A stretch of 58,822 nt of DNA, the filler included, from Sphacelaria rigidula (taxonomy: Eukaryota), in assembly GCA_964200075.2 (NCBI GenBank). It is 8 parts of 8 records of this genome, joined end to end, with 100 filler letters (N's around TTAATTAATTAA, not from the genome) between each part and the next. Parts side by side here need not be neighbours in the genome. Positions count along the whole stretch, not along the records: positions 44,194 to 51,458 come from CAXNAA020015709.1; positions 51,559 to 58,822 come from CAXNAA020015710.1; 6 more parts are not named here. One strand, given 5' to 3'. The notes under the pieces were generated by a model. That model saw nothing but the letters and a program-made list of their open reading frames with translations, was not told where the DNA came from and did no database searches. Within the stretch, counting starts at the first letter, position 1. Each line of letters begins with the position of its first letter. The position numbers and the translations under genes were made by a program. Positions 49,586-58,822 of this stretch are shown piece by piece.

Positions 49586-50555
49586 CAGTCGTTCGTAAGT
49601 ACACACATGGCGTACCAAGCGGAATAACATCGCCATAGTGCATGTCCCCAAATCATTTCGAACTCATATGACAACTTGGGACGTGGAGTATGTGGGGGTT
49701 GGTGTTGGAGGGTGAAATACGCATCCGTCGTGAACTGCGAATACTGGATATCTGTAATAAGTCGTCAGCAATGGCCCGCTTATGCTGCACAGACAGCAAT
49801 TCGACGCTCCACATTGTGTCTGTCATCACATGGACGGAGCCGCACCAGCGAATACAGGGAGCCTGCGGTGGTGCGGAGTATTGTGCCCAAGCACAAAACC
49901 CGCAGTCGCCAACAGTACACCAAGAATGGCCGTCGGAGTTCATATTTGTTTTGGTTCGGAACCAACCGAGTGACCTCGTCGCCCGGACATTTATTTCGCC
50001 AGCTCTGACCCTCCCCAGCTTCCCGCGCCGGCCCCAGCTTGCAATCCAAATTATGTTTTGATCGATTTTTTCAAATTTTCCCCCGTTGGAGATACTTGCT
50101 GGCGATTCCATTTTCACCGCTGCGCCTGTAGGTTGGCGAGATCCAGCGCAGTGGACAAGACTAAAAGTGAGTATCATATATTTTCAACCGTTTTTACGGA
50201 TCTGGTGTTGTTGGCTCGATCGGTCTGCCCGGAAGCTCCGAACTTCCCCGCCCGTCCGCCGCACCCCGATACACGTTGTGAAGATCAAGATAAGATTCTA
50301 TAAAGAGGACTCAATACGTCTCGCTCATCGCTGACCCAGACCCGTACGCGGTTTGTATAACGAGAAAGGACGGGCTCAGAACCCTAAACGTGACAGTTAC
50401 AATGGGTTTCATCGGGGTTAAAAAACACGTTCGGATATCTGCGCAATACTCTGTCATCATACCTTATTATATGTAGCTAGCCTGTCCCCACGGCGCATCA
50501 CATGCCCAGTAAGAATGTACCGCGCGCAGATATCGCAACGATTTTTGATGTGAAG

Positions 50556-50593
50556 ACAACAGCAACAACAACAACAACAACAACAACAACAAC
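50556..50593. repeat. (CAA)n microsatellite
   Basis: Direct reading. Confidence 0.9.
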
Positions 50594-51388
50594 TGTGTAG
50601 TGGGCCTCTGATCCGGGCACAGAAGGTGATCAAAGATATATCTGCTACGACGAAATGATACCTCCCTGTGGACAGCAAAGTAGTCTACAGGTGGTCCAGC
50701 TGTGAGAAACCACGTGCTCATTGTGACGGCCGTGATCATTCCGCTTGTATCAGGTCTCGTCCCTGGCTTGGAATCTACCAGGGTCAACACTCCACGATAC
50801 ATCGTGGCCTTTGCGAGTTTTTCGGCTGCTCGATACCCTTCTTATCACGGGGCCTACCGCCGCTGAACGTCCGCTTCATCGGGGGGCGATGTCGTCACGA
50901 ACGATCGCTCACCCGCACTAGACAAACAATCAACGTAAAACCCCCATGCCGGTCAACAGACGTTACCAACTGGTCGGAAACAATGGTTGAAATTAAAACA
51001 TGCTCGTTTTAGTGTTAGTCGGGGCGATGGATGAAACCACCAACATATACAGGTGAGCAGTGGTGAGCAGTAGACCCAGCTTGTCCAGAACGTCTTTTGT
51101 TCCAAAATCGGCTGAAAGGCGTCGATTTGAGCCCTGGCAATGCACACTTCGCCCAGCGAATACTCTGCACCCCCTTGCCCGAGTGTTCTCCGTATGCCTT
51201 GGTCGGGGTGAGGGTTAGGGTTAGCGTTAGGGTTGGCGGCATCTCCATGGTGCGTCAACCATTTTTTCCCATCAGTTGGTAAAGAGGCCTCGGGCCGCCT
51301 GAGACCGCCATCGTTGCCTCCCACACCGACCGACCATTATTGTATCTAGGACCCGCGGGAAAATACACAACCGAAGTCAAGCCACCGA

Positions 51389-51458
51389 CAGTGTTGTGAA
51401 CCGAAAACCGAAAATTCGGTTTTCGGTCGGTTTTTCGGTCGGTTTTTGCTCACAGAAA
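51389..51458 (+). mobile_element. Probable end of a hAT-like element (CAGTGTTG terminus, AACCG/CGGTT subterminal repeats), cut by the contig end
   Basis: cagtgttgtgaaccgaaaaccgaaaattcggttttcggtcggtttttcggtcggttttt. Confidence 0.5.
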
Positions 51459-51558
51459 NNNNNNNNNNNNNNNNNNNNNNNNNNNNNNNNNNNNNNNNNN
51501 NNTTAATTAATTAANNNNNNNNNNNNNNNNNNNNNNNNNNNNNNNNNNNNNNNNNNNN

Positions 51559-51688
51559 CGTTCTCACGCTTTTGCACGGTGGAAATCATACAATACGAAG
51601 AAAAAACCCTGCGCATCGGGAATCGAACCCCCGTTCTCTCCACCCTAATGGCGACAGTCGGACCATTACACCACCGGGACACGGCGGC
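51559..51688 (-). mobile_element. SINE family 2 head (tRNA-derived), cut by the contig start
   Basis: The reverse complement reads cccGGTGGTGTAATGGTccgactgtcgccattagggtggagagaacggggGTTCGATTCCCgatgcgc, and the body matches 36588-36728. Confidence 0.75.
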
Positions 51689-52157
51689 ATGTACATACCG
51701 CTACTACACCTTTCGAAGCGTCCTCGCCCTGCTGCGGTACATACCAATGAACCCAAAGCATTATCTCCTCTATTAGAATACTAGAGACTTCTGTTCTACC
51801 ACATCCTTTCATTAGCATGCAAGCCTGTGCATCCCACCCACCCTCAATATCCCCTCGCTCACATACGGCAGTGTCCTCTGCATACATTCGCACCGAGTTG
51901 AGGCGATTTTCAAGACACATGCCATGTCGATCAGAGTGCAGCTGCTGTCGATGACCCTGACACGTTACGGCGTTGGATTGAGGTATTGCGGAGATTCCTC
52001 GATTAACAGTCGTGCTCTCCGTCGTCAGCAACACTACGGCTGTCTAGACAGCAAGAGAGCAAAACAACCGCTCAGCAACCGCTCAACACATCCGCAGCTC
52101 GGTGCCGTACTTGACAAAGGCTGTGTGCGGCATGCCATCGTCATGATATATGGTCGT

Positions 52158-52648
52158 TTACTTGTCACTACGGCGTCTCGCCCACGACTCCAGGTTACGA
52201 AACGGAGCCTCTACTAGCAAGTGCAGGGCCGTCGCGCAAGCAAACGTGCCGACGACCACGCCCATATACGTCACAGCTAGCTCGAGCTCTGTCAGACGAA
52301 CAGCGACGCTGCGAGATCCGTAGAGCAATAACAACAGAGACGGATGAGTCAAGTACGCGCAAAACGTTAGCCTCGCAGGAGTGATCCAAACGGGCCGGTT
52401 CAAAAGCCAGTTCACCAGGCCCCCCTTGCCGAGGAAACACAGGCCGCACATCAGAGCGAGGCCCAGGGACCACGAGGGCCTCGAAAAGGCGAGGTACAAA
52501 TGGTCCGCCCATGCGGGAATGCTAGATTCTTGGATGTCTTGGTAGCTCCAATAGGTGCCGTACACAGGGAGGGCCATGAGGAGAGCGGAAGCAACGGCCG
52601 TTACCGTTATGACTCCAGTCCTGTCGCGGGACACATAGTCGACCATCT
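52158..52648 (-). CDS. NRF-6-like membrane O-acyltransferase (acyltransferase-3 family), terminal exon
   Basis: ctccacag|AG. Contains LYLAFSRPSWSLGLA...GKGGLVNWLL...PARLTFCAYLTHP...LHLLVEAPFRNLE then a stop. These are AT3/NRF-6 C-terminal motifs. Confidence 0.9.
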
Positions 52649-53520
52649 CTGTGGAGAGAAGACCACCTGTGTCGTCCGGAGCATATAGCACGTCCGGGGT
52701 ATGACATTCAACCCGAGTCAACCATTGTAGCACAAAAACGAGTCGTTCAGCAACAGGACGAGATCGTGAGGTTCGTTATCAATATTCGCGAACACACGTC
52801 AATTTTCATCAACTTCACATTTCTCGAGCACAGCTGACGGCGAGGTCCAAGTTCCCCGTTTGCGCGGGAACTCTATCAAACGTGCGAGCAGTGAACGTGA
52901 ATCAATTTTCGTGCCCCTTCATCACGTACACTGCCCACCCTTGCCTATCCCAATGTGGCCATCGCGTTGACAAGAGGACTAGGCATATTTTCGTGCATTA
53001 TCCGAGATGCCACATAATCATGCTCGGCCAAGAGACCCGATGGAACTAATCGTTCGCCCTCCTCTCCCACGGACGGTAAAAAAAGGGATACATCGTGAGA
53101 AGGCAAGCGTTCTTGCCACGGGGTAGGCAGCAACCCTTCCAAAATACTTTTGGCGAGAGCAGGAAGAACTGACTGGGCGCCTGCGATCCCAAGAACAATG
53201 CTCCATTCTCTCAGAGTAGCAGGGCCAACGGTTGCAACAGTCGAGCCATGTGAAACATAAGGACGTCGCCCCCCCTCCCCCTCCTCCCTCCCCCCTCCCC
53301 TTATGTACAAAAAAAGGGCTAGGTACGGGAGTTGTGTAAACGAACCATTTCACAACATTACAGTCTCGTGAGGGAGGGGCTGTGAAAGTCACGTCAGGGC
53401 TTGTTCGACAAGACGAATTGTGTGTATGAGGAGACATGTCAAAACATTGTGCACGAAACGTTTCATATTTTGTTCTTGTCCCCCCGTTCTTCCCCCGCCT
53501 TTCATCGCTGAACGACTCAC

Positions 53521-53921
53521 TTTGACCGCTGGTGCTATCGTGCACGATGGAAGATTTACGGCGGCGGAATTCGGTGTGCCACACGAAACCGCAAAGCATG
53601 CCAATCAGGTACACCGGGCATCGGGTCCACGGGGAGGTGTAGACTTCACTCCAAGCCGTGTCTCCTGTGTTGAAAAAGCTGAAAGAGATGCCGCTGGAGA
53701 AACCGAACCATAGGGTGTAAATGCAGCTGGAAATCGCGAGTGCTAAAACGGTGGCGATCCCGATGCGACGGCGATGGTGGAAGAGGCTGACGAGGGGTAC
53801 GCCGACCAGGAAGAACTGCATGTCGTCGCCCAAGTACCACGTCACGCCAATGCAGTTTCCTGCAGAACCCCATGGGAACGGATACAAGTTTGCTACATAT
53901 GTTACCTCGGTCCACCAGTAC
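53521..53921 (-). CDS. NRF-6-like acyltransferase, internal exon
   Basis: cactgacag|G...A|gtgagt. Contains YWWTEVTYVANLYP...CIGVTWYLGDDMQFF...YTSPWTRCPVYLIGMLCG. Phases match both neighbours. Confidence 0.9.
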
Positions 53922-54396
53922 CTGTCAGTGACGATGCACAAGAAAAACAAAATAGAAGACACAGAAAACAATTGTGGCTCGATTACAGCGGTAGTAGGGG
54001 TTCATGTGGGAGTCTCGAAAAAAAAGGTCAATGTCGCCAAGGACAGTCACGACAGCAGAGGATAACCGGAAGTGCAGAATTTTGAAGGAAAGGTATGTAA
54101 GGGGATCCCTATGCTCTGCCCTTGAACAAAATAGCCCAAACTCTCCAAACCTGGCCAAAAGCAGCCGAGAGGGGTGGGGGCTGCAACGCATGTTGCTGAA
54201 CTATTCATGCACCATGTAGCATTTGCGCGAAGATATTACCCGAAAAAGAAGGAAACAAACTAAACCCTGGACAATAGATTACATGATAAACAGTGTACTG
54301 CGTAAAGTATGGAATCTTTTGTCTATTGTGTCTCTCATGAGACCATGGCTGGACCCCTGGGGGGTCAGTTAAAGTGCGACAATTAATCAATCAATC

Positions 54397-54648
54397 GACT
54401 GCTGCCGAGATAGCCCCCCCCCCCCGAACCAGCCAAAAAAGTGCACGGAGGTGATGATTATTTATGCTGTTGGAGCTGGTTTCGTGCTGCACGACGCGAC
54501 TCATTTGGGCGTTATAGCTGATTTCGGACTGCTACACGCCTCTCACGTGGGCAAAGTTGCTGCAAACGAGTCCAATAGTGGGATCGCAGCCGGTTTATCG
54601 GACGGTCTCTGGTGCACTTTTTGTGGGGTGGCTATCTCGGCATTTGTC
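54397..54648. mobile_element. MITE with imperfect TIRs and 8-bp TSD AATCAATC
   Basis: gac...tgccgagatagcccc...aaaaaagtgcac pairs with gtgcactttttg.ggggtggctatctcggca...gtc. TSD at 54389-54396 and 54649-54656. Confidence 0.7.
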
Positions 54649-54716
54649 AATCAATCATTGCAATAGACGCAAAAGTCGACACAGTACACAGTACACTTCT
54701 TAACAATCTAATCTAT

Positions 54717-55082
54717 GGCCGCTCCGGTGGCTCAGTTGGTTACCTCGAAACCTCCTGACGGTTACGTCGTGTTCGAATCTCGGTACATTCCCACGATCTG
54801 GGATTTTTTCTCACACAGTGAGCAGCAGTGGAGAACGACTATGTCGTAGATACCCAACATTCGACGTCACGGTCGACGAGGGAAAGGGTTCGCTGAAGGC
54901 CTTTCGCGATAAAAAATAAGGCAACACGGTAGAAGGAAGGTGGGGTACTAAAACAAACAAAAAAAAATCCCGTGTTGGCCTTTCTCCTGTGTGACCCCGG
55001 CTGATACGCCCACATATACTGTAAGGTGTAGACTGGCGTCCAGGATAGACAGGAAGACAACAGCACACATAGCACACAACAA
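54717..55082 (+). mobile_element. SINE family 1, full-length copy in an acyltransferase intron
   Basis: A box GGTGGCTCAGTTGGT, B box GTTCGAATC, conserved body and acagcacacatagcacacaacaa tail. Confidence 0.85.
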
Positions 55083-55940
55083 TGTATTGCCGAGGGCGTG
55101 AAAAAAATACACAGCTCGCTCTGGAATGTAGGTTCTGTCACCACATGCTACGATACGTGTTAGAGGTGTTGGTAGTTCACCGAGATGGCAGTAAGTATCG
55201 CCGTGCTGTTAACCTTGTGTTCACGTGTTCAGAGGTGGAAGTCTTCAGGATTGCAGGTACAGAACGGGAAAGTAACCCACGAGCAGGCATGACAACTCAT
55301 CGTTACACCCCGAAAATTGTCCAGCGGAGTGGGGGAGTGACGGGTGATCATGGTGCCTGGGAAAAAATTCACGAGCCCTCCTGAGGTGTGTGAACTCGAT
55401 CCACCACAACGGCTCAGGCAGCACCACACAGTGGTAATGGATGCTTCTGTCGGCCGTGATTTATTTTATTGAGAGGGAAACCTACTTCGCAGAGCACGCG
55501 CATAGTAAGACGCAGCTCTGATGCTCCGGAGGATCTAACACAGGAGAGTTCACGATATCTTGATACCAACGGTGACCCATGCGGTGCGCTTTATCCCCGT
55601 ACCGGCGGTGTGGATCATAAAAGCAACTTTGGTGTAAAGTCCCTGGTCCAACAGAGTAGGACGTGCCAGAAAGCTTGAGAAAAAAACGATTCTGGAGACC
55701 TGCGAGCTGGCAACCTGTGATGTACACACACGCAGTATTGCGATGACCAAGTCAGCTTGAAAATATGCATGTTGACAATCGCGTTTCCATTACAGCATCA
55801 GATAAAAAAAAACACTCGGCAAAAGGAACATAGAGCAGAAAAGAAAATAGGCACATCAACAGTACGAGTATGAGAAAAATTCGCTGGTGAGTGTGTTTTT
55901 CCGGTGTCACCATGTGTAATTGCTGCCGAAGACGACTCAC

Positions 55941-56213
55941 TTGCTGCAATCGGCCTCCTGTCTCTCTCCGGCCTGCCACCAGATGGGCCCCTGTCCTAGC
56001 AAGGGTAGCAGCTTCCACATGAAGAGCGTGACAAATACAATCGTCGGTGTCAGGCGGAGGTACCGGTGCAGGTACACCTTGAGCGTCCAACCGCATCCCC
56101 TGAGCGAGCCCGAAGTTAAGTTAGGAAGCAACATGCTGCTAACCAGGAAGCCGGACATGAGGAAGAACGAATCCACCGCGAAAAATCCTCCGATGATGGC
56201 CTGCGCGGAAAAT
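55941..56213 (-). CDS. NRF-6-like acyltransferase, internal exon (upstream exons not identified)
   Basis: gtatacag|A...AA|gtgagt. Reads FSAQAIIGGFFAVDSFFLMSGFLV...YLHRYLRLTP...GQGPIW...DCSK, with VDxFFxxSGFL and RxxRLxP motifs. An alternative acceptor at 56200 is possible. Confidence 0.88.
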
Positions 56214-57635
56214 CTGTATACAGCCGAAACAAAAACAATCAGAGTGAGTATGGCAGTGCATCGTCAGGCCGGCCCCGCAGAAGGCACTTCACTCGGGTTT
56301 TTTCTTGCAGGTGAAGAGTAAGAGCACGAGTACATTCCCTCTGTCACAAACATCTGCGGCTATTATAGCTTGATACTGCGGCTCGAAGGAACGACTTCCG
56401 ACTACGTAGCGGGCTCCTGCGTTGGATCCCTTGTGAGATCTTTCACTCCGAATCAACATGATTATTATTGCCGGCTCTACCGAGGACATGAAACCGATCA
56501 ATCGAGCATCACCCCGTCGAGCACTTGGTTTTCATCCCACGGATATCCTTCACCTTCTCTCCCCCTGAGTCGGCGTCCGTGAGCGGGGTCCGCGCCGTAA
56601 GCGGGACCGCCTCTATTTTGCAATCGACAGCAAAATTCGCTGCAAAAAGCGCAGCGTAGATGAAAATGCTTAATTGATTTGTACTTTCGTTTCGTGGTAC
56701 GGAGGTATCCGTTTCGAGCCAGTCGCTGTTGATTTAGTTCGCCGAGAAACGTGGTGAACGTTACGGTTTGCTCGTCTGCGGGCCGTTGCTTTTGAATACG
56801 GGTCTCATCTTCACTGGAAAAATGGCAAGGCATCACATACGCTCTCCCGGGAAAATGGTCCAACAAGAGCGCTTAGGCGAGTGGAAATACACCACTTAAG
56901 GTTCACGGAGAATTTCTGGGGGAACGTAAATGGTATTCGGAACGTTTTGATATTTTTCAAGCTCTCACATGATCATTTTTGAACCGAAGGGAAAGGAGTA
57001 AAACCACCAGGTGCCTCTCTCCAAAATGGGCACAGCTCTCCATGGCCATATTTATATCGTAAACTTACATGCGTACTTCCGATGGCTCATGTGTAAGCAG
57101 CTGGACACAGGTGAAACATACCGAAGCGAAACTATGAAAAGTCTGTTAGCTGCCACGTTTTTTTCATGGAACGGCATGCACTACAGTACACCCATCATCA
57201 TCCCATGAAACTTCGACCTGGTTCAGTGGATCCATTCCGGTACCGAGATACACACGATCAGAGCACCTTTTAAACAGTTCACACGCCGGACAGCTCATGA
57301 GTGAACTCAGCCCTGTGGTATAGCTTATCTAGTGACAAAAAGCACCGCTGAGTTGTTCCACATACCTCATCCTGGAAGTCGGTACTGCTGGATTATAGTG
57401 CATGACTCAGCCAGTGGAAATAGGTAGATAATTATACCGTATTCCCAAGTTCCGATAAGAGAGTGGGCCTGTGAGAGAAACCAGGAAAACTATGTCGTTT
57501 TATTGACATAGGTAACCCGTCGGTCGATTGACTCTCAAAAGCTTATGTCAGATCACAGTGTGAAACTCGCGCCACTCGATGAATCTATATATGGGCGAGA
57601 TGATTTGGTGTGCTCCTCTGTGCTATTTTAACGAC

Positions 57636-57958
57636 TGTTGTCTCCTGCGACATGCGAAAATCGATGTTGCGTCTGCAGACGACAGGCGACAGGCGACAGC
57701 AGAAACGCTGAACCTGTCGCGAATCCTAAATAAAACATCATCACGCTGCTGTCATCTTCATACCGGTTTTAGCTCAGAATGCAAATTTCGCTCTACTCGA
57801 TGCATTTCGGTGCAAGTGAGACAATTTCGTGAGCTCTTCTATGTCTTCTGAGCAGCTACTGTCTGTCTCCTGCAGCGTGCGAAAATCAGTGTTGCGCTTT
57901 CAGACGACAGGAAAAACGCCGAAACTGCCGCAGATCCTAAATTAAACACGATCCTGTT
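57636..57958. repeat. Diverged direct repeat pair about 225 bp apart
   Basis: tgtctcctgc...tgcgaaaatc..tgttgcg.....cagacgacagg...aaacgc.gaa.ctg.cgc..atcctaaat.aaaca occurs at ~57638 and ~57864. Confidence 0.65.
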
Positions 57959-58822
57959 ACAGTCATTGTTGTTCCGGCTCCAACATGTCTTACGATGCAA
58001 CATCGAAATTGAGAAGTTTTGCACCTAGACAACAGCACCAAAAGAAGACACAATGGCTGCACAGCCATCGCGTGACTTCTTTTTAACTTTGTGGATAAAC
58101 AGCAGTGTGTTCCCGCTTCAATGACGTACAGATCANNNNNNNNNNAAGAGCAGTAGTACAGCAGCTTAGGCAATATCTACCGCAGACTAAACCATCCTCG
58201 CAGGGTTCAAGTGCACCACGCTGAAGTGTCAGCTACAGCACAGGAATTGTGTGTCTGGTCACGAAGCGCCCTGTTCGTTGAAATAGACACAACGTACAAC
58301 AAACACATTATCTTCGACTTTGACAAGACAGCACCGCGTGCCGACTGTATATTGTTTTGTACAGACGGGATACAACAACATTACAGCAGCTCAGGCAATC
58401 CAAGCGGAGAGCAAACAGGTTTCGCAATGTCTGAGCACACCGTATTACAGCGACAGCTACAACACATGAGAGAGGGCGTGAGTGTATTGAGCTGCACTAA
58501 AGTGAAACATGACATGTCTTACACTTTAGTTTCCTCCCGATTTTGACCAGCTCCTCAATCTTGGTCGAGGGTTCAAAATGCGGTGCTCACTTTGATCAGA
58601 CACCAACCCGCTGACCGAAGTTGAAAATCGCAATGAGCTACGGAAGAAACGTAATGAGCACCTAAATGTCGGAGGTGTTTCTATTAGGAGCAGGAACGGT
58701 ACTCCGTCTCGAAAGGGATGCGTGGTCAATGGACAAACGACCAAGGTAAGCAACAAATGAGCCCCCCCCCCCCCCCCCCCCCCCCCACCCCCCCCCCCCC
58801 CCCCCCCCGCCCCCCCCCCCCC

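Noticed and set aside
52945-53310. 121-aa minus-strand ORF between acyltransferase exons
   Set aside because: The exon ending at 53521 splices in phase to 52648, so this ORF is intronic. It also ends in a stop with no AT3 motif.
56498-56620. GC-rich minus-strand segment as an upstream acyltransferase exon
   Set aside because: It has an in-frame stop, no suitable donor was identified and it shows no AT3/NRF motif.

Overview
Eukaryotic, intron-rich, repeat-rich DNA. A stramenopile, probably a brown alga, is inferred from GC-rich exons, introns of about 0.3-2.8 kb and GTGAGT/GTAAG donors. The window is not one locus. It is eight contigs of almost identical length (7266, 7266, 7266, 7265, 7265, 7265, 7265, 7264 bp) joined by 100-nt N linkers containing TTAATTAATTAA, so adjacency across gaps means nothing. 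Spliced partial genes could be rebuilt by hand: an unknown protein (contig 1), the 5' half of meiotic SPO11 of the SPO11-2 type (contig 3), an Rtr1/RPAP2-family protein (contig 4), the last two exons of an ABCC/MRP transporter (contig 6) and the 3' part of an NRF-6-like acyltransferase-3 (contig 8). Mobile DNA includes a degenerate APE-type LINE, two tRNA-headed SINE families and several foldback or hAT-like MITEs with visible target-site duplications (TSDs). The most striking element is a ~210-bp TIR family present in 8 copies. It has TGT...ACA ends, 37-bp TIRs and 5-bp TSDs, and every copy carries an internal array of telomere-type TTAGGG hexamers. Four copies sit in the introns of SPO11. 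Contig 7 holds a decayed, unidentified gene with unusually short (76-78 nt) introns.
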